Shown in pieces: positions 36,562 through 49,181 of a stretch of 49,537 nt of DNA. The notes beneath the pieces were generated by a model that was not told the DNA's origin, searched no databases, and was given only the letters and a program-made list of their open reading frames with translations. Source of the stretch: Chromera velia (taxonomy: Eukaryota). The stretch lies in assembly GCA_018398765.1 (NCBI GenBank), contig JAHBMJ010000358.1:1-49537 (forward strand), given 5' to 3'. Made by a program: the position numbers and the translations under genes. Positions within the stretch are counted from its first letter, which is position 1; every line of letters begins with the position of its first letter.

Positions 36562-39500
36562 ATGGAGCAAACTCCAGTAATTGAACAATCTCTGTCCGGT
36601 CCAGGACCTCCCGCATCTGGCTCTAAGCTCGTTTCTGCTTTATCTCCTCCTGATACAGCAGATCACGCTCCGCCAGCGGTTGGAGTCGAGGAGCACATCG
36701 AAGTGTCTCCACCTGATGTCTCTGGTGCCTCTGGTTAGGCTGAGCAGGGTGATCCACCTCCTCTTGTGCCTCCGGTGTCCGACCTTCCACACCCGGTGGC
36801 TGAGGCGTCCTCAGGTGATGGTCCCCCTGCACCTCTTCCCGCTCCTCCATACCCCTACTTAGCTCTGCCGACGGGGCACCAGGCCGCCTACTACCCCATT
36901 GGAACTCCTGGTCTAGGTTTTCCTGGATTTGCTCCTTCACAGGTGACTCTTGTACCTCCTGCCTCAGGCTTCTTCCCTTCTGCAGGCCCGTACGTGACTC
37001 CTGTACCGCAGTCCGTACACCATTATTGGCCTCTCTGGCAGAACGTTCCGTCTCCCTCTCCTCCTGTGCCGCCTCTGCAGCAGCAGCCACCCTGGCAACC
37101 TTTTCCCGTTCCTTCCTCTGGTCACTCTGTTCAAGTTGTGACCCGCCGGAGTGAGTTGGCGAAAAAGGCGATTGACCAGTTGGCGATTTTTTCGGGCACC
37201 CCCCAGGAAGACATGGAACTGTGGAAAGAGAGCTTCCACGAGGTGGTAGATGAAGTCCGCTCGTTGGACGGTCCCCATGCACTCGGTCCCCAAGACCTAT
37301 CTGGCGTCATCCGTCAGAAGGTCTCTTCAGGGGTGTGAGAGGTCCTCCGTTCTCGCACTGTGCAGGCCGACCAGATCTACGACCCTTCATGGCTGCTTGA
37401 CACCCTCGACAGCCTCTATCTCGGTCCATACGAAGTCCCTATGCTCGAAAACCGACCTTTATGCTGAAGTCTGACCTTTGTATTTCATGTGCCTGCATAT
37501 ACTAAGCGGCCCGTGCAGTAGCACTGCAGCCGGTCATGGCGCGTGCAGCGCAGGATCCGCATGCACGCCGTGCGCCGGCCGCAGCGTGGTACGCTTAATT
37601 ATGGCCTAGATTATGGCTGCTCGCATCAGAACCGATTATCCGGCTGTTCATGCCGGGGCTCTGCATGCTTTTTTCATTAATTGGCTGCGTGTGTAAGTCG
37701 TCAATGCATCAGATTCGCCTTGCTGAATGCTTATACGCTTTATCCTCTTGATCGTACTTACTTCGATCGTGTGTGTTGAAACTTCTGTTGTGCTTTGTCG
37801 GGGAGCGGGAACTACCTTTGTGACTCCTTCTTCCGGTGAGTCCGGTCATCTCGATCTGCAGATGTGCAGATTATGTGAAGTTGTTGCATTGCATCAAAAA
37901 AGGATGCCACTTGCTGAATATTGATGCGCTTTGTCCTCTACTTCTGGCATGTGTATACGCAGGATTTGGAACTCCTCTTATGCTTTGTCAGGCAGGTGGA
38001 GCTGCCTTTGTCTCTAAGCTCTTCCATTGAGTATATAGTCCCGTCTCTGCCTATTTGCAGAATGTGTGAAGTTGTTGCAGTGCGTCATGCGGCGTCAGGC
38101 TGGGCGTCAGGAAATGATGTGCCCTGGTGAATGCTCATGGACTTTCTTCCCTCCTTCTCACGTGTATGTATGCAGGATTTGGGACTCCAGTTCTGCTTTG
38201 TCGGGGAGGTGGATCGAGTCCTTGTAGAATCTTCTCTGGTGGGTTCTGGGTATTGTTTGGGAAAAGGGTTGAAAGCAACGCCTCAGACCCGTCAGGCAAC
38301 CATGCAGTAGAAATATATCTTTCCTTCTTTATGGAACGCCTTAAAGTTTTCTCTTGCTTGCTTGCCAGCAGATTCTATTGTATTAGGGGGCTTGTCTTGA
38401 TTTCTTCCCTCCCATCTCCTTTATGTTTTCTGCCCACGTCAGCAAACGACCCAGATTTCTCAGAGAGGGATTGGCCCGGACGTCTTGTTGTGGCTGACTT
38501 GTCCTACAAGAAGTTGGTGTCTGAGAATGTCATTCTTTGGGCGATGGTAGAGGAAGTGCAGAAACGACTCTTCAATTAGAATCGGTCTGAATCATAAATA
38601 GAATAAAACGGTTTAAACATTGGCCTTTTCAAGGTTTTCTCTTGAAATAATATTTAAAAAATATTAAACTTTAGTTTTCGATCATTGTTTTGATAGTATT
38701 AAAATTTAAAACTCATTCTCAGTAAACTATTTTTAAAAGAATTTTCCAGAGAATTAATTTTATTCTGGTCTGACATTTGTAGTGAAAACTTTAAAATGTA
38801 TAGATTATCTAGATAGATTATAGTTTTTTTTTTTTAACTTTTTGCCGCGCATTCATGCGCACACATATACTTAATCGAATAATAGTCAAATTTCAAAACT
38901 TTTTTAGCTATAACAGTATCATTAAATAGATTTAGATTTAAAAAACATTCACGCGCAGCAGCTGGCAGTCACTGTTGATCAATCATCTTTAATTAGCTAG
39001 CACTAGAATTACTTTTAGGAACTTGAATCTAAATTTATAAACATTTGTTATCAGCTTATTTATCATTGATAAACTAAAAAAAAAAATAATTTAATTAACT
39101 TATATTTTATGTCAAGAAAACGTAGAATAATACTATTAATATAAAGGTCAGACTTCAGCATAGAGGTCCGTTTTCAAGCATAGGGACTTTACGAGTCCCG
39201 TGTCCGGAAATGCTGGCATGCCGTCAAGGTACTTTATCCTCTCGCCAGTGAGTCCGTCGACACCTACTTTGCCCGAGCAGCAAAAGTCTTTGGCTGTCTC
39301 CATTGACTCGTTCCAGCGATGGCGTTTGGGTCTGAGCCCTTTGTCCCCTTCGAGTACAGCATCCTCCTGGAGTCACTTCCCACTGAAAGAGGCGCTCATC
39401 GGTACGTCCTCGCATACCTGCAGGATTATACCCCCATGGGCCTTCGTGACTGTCTGCACCGCTACGAACAACAGCTCGGAACGCCGACTCCCTCTGCCAT

Positions 39501-42500
39501 GATCTGGTTCTTGAGTGTACCTCCCTCCAGGTCATCTTCTACTCCCGAGCCCAACCACCTCAAGTGCATCTACTACGGGGTCGCTCACCTATGGAGGAAG
39601 CATGTGAAGTGCATCGCTTACGGTGTCTCACCTCATGCTGATTGCTCTACTTACCCAGCGATCGCTCACGTTTGCGGTTGTGGCAAGCAAGGGCACCTTG
39701 ATGCCATGTGTCCCTCCAAGCTCCGTGCCTCCAAGAAGGCCGCCAACGTTCACTGCGCAACCGTCTCTTTTGCTTCTGCTGCCGTTACCTCCCCCGATTT
39801 GGTCCACGGCCCTCATTTCAGCAAGGACGACGGGGCAACTGTCGAGGCCGTCGGTAAGCTCTACCTTGAAAAGGTCTCCGCCTCGGAGTCCATCACTTAC
39901 ACCGTGAAGGTACTCAACACCCCAGTCCTTGTGCGGACTGCTGGTCACAACGACTCCTCTGAGGCTTCCGGGGCTGTCGTTTATACCACCCACTCTGTCA
40001 CGCTCGATGACGTTATCTTCGGCGACCACCTTGAGTCCATTACCTTCCTCATCCTTCCACAGTCTTCGATCCCTTTCCTCTTCTCGAAAGCCCTTGCCCA
40101 GCGGCTCTCTATGAAGATGGATTACAAAGATAATGTTATGGTGATCCTATCGCCCTCTGGGCCTGATGTCACCTTGACATGGATCGAGCTCGGGGAGTAT
40201 TACGGCCTCCCTCTCGTCTAAGATGACAATTCTCCACCTTCGTTGGTGGACTCAGATGAGTCCGACGACGAGCGTCCCCCCCTGGAGGATGATCCCAATG
40301 AGTCGGAGGACGAGATCGATAACTCTGCCCCCTTCCGTCCTCTTCCTTTTGCCATGTGCACAACCACCTCTCCCATCACTACCCCTGCTTTACACTCGCC
40401 TCCAGAGGGCATTGCGGGTGTCGGGGTTTCTGTGTCTACAAGAGAGGCACCTAAGGGAGTGTATGTTTGTGTGTCTTGAAGAGAGACACCTGGGGGCGTG
40501 TGCATGTCTATGTGTCCGGAGGAGGCGTCTGTCCCCTCTGGAGAGGGAGTTGAGGGATTGAAGGAGCCAGCGTGTCCAAGCGGGCTCACAGGTGGGGCAT
40601 CCACTACAGCGCAGGATTCTGTGAAAGCAACTACTGGCGGTGATGTCCCTTCTCTTTCTGTTTCTTTTTCTGATGATCACGATTCTCCCCCCTCTGAATC
40701 TCTCTCTGTCGATGAATCTGAACCTTCTCTCTCTGAGTTTGAGTTTTTTCAACTCACCGTGACGTTTACAATTCAACTTAAACAGACAGGCACAGTCAAG
40801 ATTTTTACTGCTTCTGATTTTTGGGATTTGGTTCGCGGGGTTCATTGCGAGTGTACGCATGCGGGCATGAAGGAAGTGATGGCTCAACTCCTCTTTCATT
40901 TCAGAATCTCTTTCGAACTCCCGCTCACTACCATTCGAGCGTGTGTCGCTCGTGTTCTCTCTTCTTGCCCTGAGTGTCCACAGGTGAAGGGCCTGGTTAG
41001 TTTTTCCATCCCCGATGTCTCCTTCACTAAGGGGGCATACGTGAGGGTGAGGCTACACCTCGACAGCCTGTATTTGGGGGTATCTGACTGCGGTCCGACT
41101 CATCAACTCACGGTGCTGGAGGATTTCCTCCCTTATGGCCTTGCCCCTCGCTTTGCTGCTCACCCCAACAGCTACAAGACTGTCGCTTTCCTTGAAAACG
41201 TATGGTTCCCTCGTTTTGGGGTCCCAGAGGAGATCCGATGCGACCAGGGGTCTAAGTTTGCAAACGCCTGCCTCATTGAGCTCTCAAAGCGTCGGGGCTT
41301 CCGTCTCTCATTTGTGCCCTCCAGCTACAAGGACGGCAACTCTTTATCCGAACGATGGCAGAGAGAGGTGCTTGCCTCCGTCCGCTCTCTCCTCCTCAAG
41401 CGTCAGCTCCCCGGCAGTTCATGGCCTGAGATCCACGATGAGCCGATTCGACATTTGAACAACCGAATGTCAGTGCAGGGGGGGGGTTCTCGTCATGCAC
41501 ACAGCCGCTGCCCTCCCTGGTTCGCTGTCTTGTGTTCACCGTTCTTTCCCCTCTGCCCGCCCTCCCCGCCCATCTGCTTTGCAGACTTATTGTGTGGGAG
41601 ACATTGCTATGTATAACTAGGGCGCCTCTGGAGGGGGGGGTCAATCAGGTCAAGGTCACAAGTGTGGCCCCGTTTGGGCCCTCTATCGCGTTGTCTCTGT
41701 TGAGAACGAACACTTCTACAAAATCGTAGCCACCGATGAGTCCCTCCGCCCCCAACGGACCACCGCATCGCCTCACCAGCTCCGTCCAGCCGTCCGCCCT
41801 ATCCTATCTGGCATCAACTTTGAAGCGCACACAACCTAATCCCCAAGGTGCTACTTTGGCCAAACGCGTAGAATGAAGAGATTCCGCCTCGCTTCCTTCC
41901 TCCGCTGATGCTGCTCTAAGTCTGCTTCAGGAACAGGAGGCAGCAGCCTTTGTCCCCCTCTTTAGTCCCAACCCAATGACTGAGTCCCCCCCCGACACCG
42001 TAATAGTCCCTGTGCCCCCGATCCCTGCCCCTTTACCTCCTGCTGACTTGCCTGCTGTCCATACAACGGACCCGCCTCTGTCCTTGCAGCCCACTCAGCA
42101 GCCGATCCCCGAGTCTGCCCCGCCGGCAACTCCCCCTCTCGCCTCTCCTTTCCCTATCCCGCCTGCTCCGCTGCAGCCAGGCACGATATGGTGATTGGTC
42201 GTTCCCCCGAGCATTCACTCCTGTGGGTAGGAGAAATCCTTGGTGTCCTGCCGAGTGATGGAGCAGCAGAGGGTGATGTCCGGTATGAGGTCCATGCGTG
42301 GGGTTCCCACCAGCGATGTGCTCTGTCCCGCAGGTAGTGGGCACCGGGCTACTATTCCTCGGAAGGGAGGTATGTCTCATACGATAAGTGCGCTTTCAAG
42401 CGTCTGGCAGAGATTGTTGAACTGTCGCACGGTCAGATCGCGGCAGCAGGCTTCGAGATGGAGCGTTTGCAGGGCAATCACGGGTCTCGTCTTCCCCTTT

Positions 42501-44300
42501 CTCTCTGCTCTCATTTTGCCTCTAGCTCGGATTGGTATCATTTTTATGAGTATTCAGGTGCTCGTTTGTCTGACCCTTCTGTCGCATCTGCTGTCGCTTT
42601 TCTTGCTTCTATTGATCTGTCGGTGCATGCTGCAATCACATACCGACCAGTCAGTTTGAAACATCTGTGTTCTGCTTCCTGTCAGCTTGTCTGTTTCGCA
42701 GACCAGAAGGAGGATCAGGGATGGATCGATCGGGAGGTCTACATCAGGACTCCGATCTCTGAGGTCCTGAGGAACGTTCCTCACATCCCTCTCCTCCGTG
42801 TGCGCACCGAGAAGCTTCAGGACAACAGCACACGCAAGTTCAAGACGCGTACCGTCATCAATAGCAAGCAGGTCCCTTGGGAGGGTTTGAGTGTCGCCAC
42901 CCGACTCTGCCCCCCCGAAGCTGTGCGCATTGTCCTGCAGATTGCGTTGAACGCTTGCAAATGTCAAAGCGTCGACCTTTCCCTTCAGAAGGCCGATGTC
43001 GTGCAGGCGTACCTATAAGCCCCGTTGCTTTCTGATCGCCTCCCCCTCGCTGCTATCCCCCCTTCCGACCACCCAGACCATGGGCGGTTTCTCTGGGTCC
43101 TCCGCAAGGCCGTCTACGGCTTGCCCGACGCAGGCAAGGTCTTCGAGGATTTTTTTACCTCCGTCCTCCGCTCCCTTGGATGGGAGCCAACGCTCTTTCT
43201 GGGCATGTGGGTGTTGCGTCGTGCCGATGGTGAGCTTTGTGCTCTCCTGGCCACCTACTGTGATAACCTGCTCATTCTGGGCATCGGGGAGGATGCGGCA
43301 GCTACCATCGACCCCCTCAAGGACATCGAGACGTGCGGCAATTATACCGATCTCTCAGAGGGTCGTTTTGTTGGTGTACAGTTCGACATCTCCACCACCG
43401 GCGTGTTCTGCCAGCAACATGACTACGTTGCCTCCCTTGTCCTCCCTCCTGATATGGCCGGCTCTGACCGACGTGCAGACAAGCCTCTCCCTGTCGGGTC
43501 TACGCATGAGGATGATACCTGTCTTCTGCTGTCTGCCGCAGGTGTGAAGGTCTTCCGAACCTTGCTCGGGCAGGTAGGCTACATGGCAAGCTGCATACGG
43601 CCAGATGTCACTCTCGCGCACTCCTACCTGTCACGTTTTTTGGCGTCCCCGACCGAGAAGGCTCTTCGTCTTCTCTTCCAAACGGTGTGCTACCTCCGTT
43701 TGCACCCATCTCTTGGGATCCACGTCCGTCCTTCCTCCAACCCGACCAAGCTGACTGCCATCAAGCACGGGGACTCATCGTTTGGCAACGCCGCCTCCCC
43801 ACATCCTCAGACGGGCTGGGTTGTTTTTATTAACAACTCACCTCTCATTTAGAAAAGCAAGAGGCAGTCCCGCGTAGCAAGATCCACTACAAGAGCAGAA
43901 GCGCTCGCTTTGGAGGAAGACATCGACGCCGCACTGCATTTTGCAAACTGCACCGCCCCCTTCTACTCCAACATCCGTATCAGAATTGGCTGCGATGCAG
44001 CGAACGTTTTGTCTCTGCTGTTGTCTGGCGCCTCTTCTTCTGCCGAGCATGCCCTCCTCCCCATTATATGGGAGATGCAGGACAAGGCTTGTGTCGTTCC
44101 CCTCCAGGCCACCACTGACTTGGTCGAGCAACACAGGATTGGCATCTTCAAGATCCCTACCGAATCTAACATCTCTGACCTCCTCACGAAGGTGCTCGAC
44201 CTTGGCGCTCTAACTTGACAATGTCTCATGAGTCCCTCTCCCTCTCTTTCTCCAGTGTTTGGGAGCGAGATTATGTCTTCTCTTCCTCCTCTCGCTCTGC
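36562..44300 (+). pseudogene. Copia gag-pol pseudogene
   Basis: Pro-rich gag; knuckle CGCGKQGHLDAMC; integrase HCECTH...CPEC, LHLDSL, IRCDQGSKF, SER; RT ADVVQAYL, LRKAVYGLPDAG, YCDN; RNase H GDSSFG, STTRAE, IGCDAA, NISDLLTK. Several in-frame stops and frame changes are present. Confidence 0.9.
37433..39189. mobile_element. Non-autonomous TIR DNA transposon (1757 bp) nested in the copia gag
   Basis: ~50-bp TIRs (AAGTCCCTATGCT...GCTGAAGTCTGACCTTT, with its reverse complement ending at 39189) and a 4-bp TSD TACG (37429-37432, 39190-39193). Removing it restores the gag frame (LYLGPYE/SRVRKCW). Confidence 0.9.
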
Positions 44301-44467
44301 GTGACCGCCCGACGATGGAGAAGGAAAGAAGGGGGGATGGGGAGGAGCTGACCGCATGAGAGCGTTTTGTTTGTTTCTCATGGTTTCCTTTACATTTTCT
44401 GTTACGTTTCGTTTCTTCTGTCTCGTTTCCCGGTTTTGTCAGCTACTGCTGTAGAAAAAAGAAGCCA

Positions 44468-45053
44468 CGTAATGTTCCAGAAGCATGCTGCTCCTGTTCT
44501 TTGCTTGTCAATGCGTACTTCTTCTGTCTTTTTCCGTTTGGTAAGGGGCGCATGCCGAGCGAATTGATTTTTAAAGCGCGTAAGTTCCTATCCGGATCCT
44601 TAAATGCTGTGCGCGCCACCACTGGTCGGCTCGCCTCACGCATGATATTCATCTTTCCATGCGCTTCTCTCTTTGACTGATCCCGGCTCGTCTCTCCTGT
44701 CAGTGATTGCACATTGAGTGACGCACGCTGAGTTCCGATTGTTTACGCAAGTGATTGCCATCCTTGGAACTCTTTCACTTCTTGTTTGGGGCTTTCCGGG
44801 GTTCCCGCACGCAGGGACTCCGTCAGGCGTCTCCTCTCGCATCTATTTTGACTCACAAAATTTCTCATTGTTCCATCTCGATCGATTGATAGAATTGAAC
44901 GTTTCTCCTCTCGGAGTGGCTCTCTGCTTGCCATTCTGTAATGACTTTCTCTGGAATAAGGAGTCCGACCTACGGATCGATTTCTTTGTGAGTCTTTATT
45001 TCTATCCTCGTGTATAGCTAGACATTCGTTCTTATAGTCTAGCATACATCTCG
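44468..45053 (+). repeat. 3' LTR
   Basis: Copy of 35868-36453, preceded by the purine run AGAAAAAAGAAG (PPT-like) and followed by the TSD CATAG. Confidence 0.93.
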
Positions 45054-46166
45054 CATAGTCATTGTCATATTATGTCACTCATATAACTTAAACGCTACGT
45101 ATTTGCATGCGCAAATGTTCAATCATTATAAGTTTAGACCTAGGTTTAGACATACATGCAAATAGAGATGCATGGTGTAAGTCGAAGATGTTGTTGTTCT
45201 TTTGCATGCTGATACTGCATTTTTAAAAAACTATTAAGGGAGCGTACGGTCTGACTCTGACCGTGACACCCACCTATCTAGCCACCTATGCAGTATGAAG
45301 ACCCCCTGCACGCATACAAACAGAGAGATCACCCACAAAAGCAGCCTGTGATCAACGTTCAGGCCCACCTCAGATGGCGTCTCCACGTCCTGTCGTATTG
45401 AGTGACGTTCAGTGTATCGAACTTTGAATTCGATCGAAACACATCTTCTTGCTGAAGGTGGACACAAATGCAAACAAATATTGCAACCCGCTATGAATTC
45501 TGAAACCATGCGATATGAGTCTACACTGACTTCGATTCCTTCCCGGCTCGATCTCGAAACCCAACCACGCTCTTCAGGTCCAACATGCATATGTACTAAT
45601 ACAGGTCACACATGATGTCTATGTCCGTTCCCCGAAAACTCCCTTCCCTCCCTTCCCGCCCTCGCGAATTCAATCAACGAAAATGTCAGGCGTTTCATTC
45701 CATCCATCCATTCATCCATTGATCCACTCATGCGTGGACCATCGCTCGAGCACTCCGCGTTGCTCTCTATGCAGTCTGGCATCCGTCCTGGAGCTTCCAT
45801 TGATCAAAGGACCCCTGACAATTCAGATGCAGAGGTCGTGATCGATCGAGGAGGGATGATTCGATTGGTCGACCACGGAACTGAGTGGGCACTTTCGTCT
45901 TTCACGCGGAGCATGGCTCAGCATGTTGGATAACATGCCTTTCGGGTGACTGATCGCTTCACGGCAATACAGGCATGCATGCAGAGCACCCCAAAGAAAG
46001 CCGGAAGACAGCGTGACAGGAAGGAACCTAACGGAATTGAGCCTCAGACGAACAACGAAGTACCATGAGCAAGCAAGCAAGCAAAGAAGCAAGCAGGCAA
46101 AGAAGCAAGCAAGCAAGAAGGAAGGAAAGAAGGAAGGAAGGAAGGAAAGAACGAAAGAAAGAACGA

Positions 46167-46203
<37 letters not shown>

Positions 46204-47465
46204 CAGAAAGCTGCACGCACGGCCTTGACTGGCGAGACCGCAGTGCACGCACGCACAGGGACAAAAGATCCAGGCAGGCACTCGCATCACTCGCTCGTGC
46301 AAACTTCTGCCTTTGGAGCTCATTTCTTTCTGTACGCCTAGCCAAGCAGTCTTTGTCGCTGCGTGTCTTACTATTGGATGTCTTCCCAGTGCCTTACTAT
46401 TGCATTGAAGGGCCAGGCCTTGACAGATAGAGACGAACGCATGTATTATCGAGAAAAAGAGTATCAAACGGAGCAAACCACAAATGTGTCCTTCTTTGTG
46501 CCATGCGGATCGCTCAGTGGTTCATCGAAATCTCTAAGGAAACCTGCTTGCTGTCTTGACTACCATGAATGCATGCATACAAGCTGGACCTATCATGTCA
46601 GTGTTGCGGTCCTGCAAAGAGGCACTGGACTTTCTTTTCTTCCCTTGCTTTTCCTTTCCCCAATCATCTCTGCACCTACCCCTTTTGTTCGTGTCTTCGT
46701 CTTCCTTCTTTTGGTGGTAGGCCTTACCCGCCTACCTGCTCATACAATCAATCAATCAATCAATCAATCTTCATTGTCTCACCGATTCAACTTCATGATG
46801 CCTGGATATGGTACGTGTTTGAAGGCTGGCAGAGAGAACAAACAATGGCTTTGTACGATGTTCAGTCTCTCTCTCAGCTTCGTGTCTCCCCTTCGATTAA
46901 TCGACCCTTCATGCATGCATGCAGGCTTTCTTCGTTCATGTGCGCCTCGCATCCTGCTTCTTTCATTCTCGCCATGATGAAGCGCTCTCTCTTTCTCTCT
47001 CACTGAAGCAGCAGATCGAATTGAAAAGTGAAGAAGAAGAAGGATGGATGCACTTTGCAAACATCGAATCGCGGCATTCCTTCACTTTCCCTTAATGCCG
47101 TTTTTTTACTCATGCACAAAGCCACAGACAGACAGACAGACAGACAGACAGACTGACATGATCGCATGCATGCGATTCGGGTTTGCGGAGTCAGCTGAAG
47201 GAGGGAAGAAGAGAGGAACGATGCAAGACGAAGGCAGAGAAGAAAAAAGAAACGAACCAAGGTAAAGAGAAAGGAAAAAGAAGGAATGAGGAGAAAACGG
47301 GAAGGGGTGACCTTTTCGATCGCCCCCCTACCCGTAAACCTCATTCGTAGTGTGCAAAATTCAAAATGTTGAATGCGATTTGGGACCTAGGTTCCTAGGT
47401 TCATTTCCTCGCCTGATCCTAAAGAGTAACGTCCTTTTCCGTTCCCTGACTTGCCCTCCCCCCCC

Positions 47466-47776
47466 NNNNNNNNNNNNNNNNNNNNNNNNNNNNNNNNNNN
47501 NNNNNNNNNNNNNNNNNNNNNNNNNNNNNNNNNNNNNNNNNNNNNNNNNNNNNNNNNNNNNNNNNNNNNNNNNNNNNNNNNNNNNNNNNNNNNNNNNNNN
47601 NNNNNNNNNNNNNNNNNNNNNNNNNNNNNNNNNNNNNNNNNNNNNNNNNNNNNNNNNNNNNNNNNNNNNNNNNNNNNNNNNNNNNNNNNNNNNNNNNNNN
47701 NNNNNNNNNNNNNNNNNNNNNNNNNNNNNNNNNNNNNNNNNNNNNNNNNNNNNNNNNNNNNNNNNNNNNNNNNNNN
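47466..47776. other. Assembly gap (N run)
   Basis: Run of about 310 N; smaller gaps at 3061-3063 and 4265-4284. Confidence 0.98.
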
Positions 47777-47888
47777 CCCTCCTATGACAATTAGTCATCC
47801 TTCTTACAGGTTCCCCAAACTACCTCTTGTCGGGCAGATGCCCGACCATTTCCCTCTCTCCCTCCCCCCCTCCCCTTCGATCACTCAT

Positions 47889-49181
47889 TCACTCGCTTGC
47901 TTGAGGAGGGTCCTTGGAGGACTTTCGACTCGAGTTGGAGCGCTCCCGTCCCTGGGAGTCTTTCGTCGAGTAGCACTCCTCAAACGACGGGAGAGTCGGA
48001 TGAAAAGAAAGAATCTCCCTGCAGACAGAGGCGGAACGTAGACAGGCAATTAAGGCGTCATGACATCACACACATAGAAGGACAGAGAGGGACGTACAGA
48101 CTCAGAAAAAAGGCGAGCACAAGGCAGAGAGAAAGCTGCGAACGAAAAGTACGGGCCTGGACAGGAGCAAGAAAAAAAGTTGAGAAAGAAGAAACGCAAC
48201 CAAAGCCATCCATGCCCGAAGGACTCTGTGGCGCTGCCTTTGCAGTGTTTCTGATTGCCTGACTCACAGATTGATTGACTGACTGACTCGTGAATGAGTA
48301 GTTCTAGTTTCTCCATGTCTGCCTCCTGAATCAACCTGCACGCACTCACGCGTATACACATGGATCTTCTTTCATACAGAATTCTTTTTCAGGGAGTGTA
48401 TTTTCTTTCACACAGAAAATGCATGCCTCCTGAATCAACCTGCACGCACTCACGCGTATACACATGGATCTTCTTTCATACAGAATTCTTTTTCAGGGAG
48501 TGCATTTTCTTTCACACAGAAAATGCATGCCTCCTGAATCAACCTGCACGCACTCACGCGTATACACATGGATCTTCTTTCATACAGAATTCTTTTTCAG
48601 GGAGTGCATTTTCTTTCACACAGAAAATGCATGCCTCCTGAATCAACCTGCACGCACTCACGCGTATACACATGGATCAGAGTGAGAAAGAGAGAGAAAG
48701 TCACGAAGTCTAGATGCACTTGCATCTAATCGCTGCACGAGAGCGAGTGAGACCGGTCCCCGCGTCTTGTCGGACAGAAAGACAGCGACGGATTTGCAAA
48801 TAGAACCAGAAGAAACCATCGTCTCAACTTCACAAACTATCTTTGCAGTCAAATTCTGCTTAATTCTTTCTCTCTCTGTGCCTGCCCAGTGCAGGGAGGG
48901 AAGATCCCCTCGATCACAAAGTAACCATCAACCCCTAGCACCATCTTGTATCGCTTCTTGGCAGAAAAAAAGAAAAAATTCACTCCACCAACCCCGTGAA
49001 TCTGCCTACACAGTCACACACACACTCACTTACTCACTTACTCACTTACTCACTCACTCACTCACTCACTTATTCACACTCTCACTGACTCACTGGCTGA
49101 CTTACTTACTTCTCGTATTCAAAGTCGAAAGGCTTGTCCAGCGTAGGCTCGTCTGACGGGTCGTGGAGGTGTGCTAGGTAC
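47889..49181 (-). CDS. MAP kinase, C-terminal exons (kinase domain lies right of the window)
   Basis: Exons 49181-49110, 48335-48288 and 48018-47889 join in phase to give YLAHLHDPSDEPTLDKPFDFEYEKLIQEADMEKLELLIHEEILSFHP. This matches the MAPK common-docking domain (LHDxxDEP) and the C-terminal L16 helix. It is not in the ORF track. The true last exon is uncertain. Confidence 0.85.
48320..48678. repeat. Tandem repeat, 104-bp unit, ~3.4 near-identical copies
   Basis: GCCTCCTGAATCAACCTGCACG recurs at 48321, 48425, 48529 and 48633. Confidence 0.95.

Larger units (their letters stand above)
35868..45053 (+). mobile_element. Ty1/copia LTR retrotransposon, full length but inactivated (9186 bp including a nested insertion)
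   Basis: Two 586-bp LTRs and a 5-bp TSD CATAG (35863-35867, 45054-45058). PBS-like TGGTGCCGG at 36454. Internal order is gag, zinc knuckle, integrase, RT, RNase H. Confidence 0.93.

Noticed and set aside
44318..44350. Long purine tract followed by TG as the start of a canonical 3' LTR
   Set aside because: 44349-44467 has no counterpart at the 5' end. LTR homology and the TSD both place the boundary at 44468.
45234..47400. Several 60-217 aa ORFs, including a signal-peptide-like MLRLILFF
   Set aside because: No recognisable domain, they run through microsatellites, and no consistent splice model was found. Possibly MAPK 3' UTR or unresolved exons.
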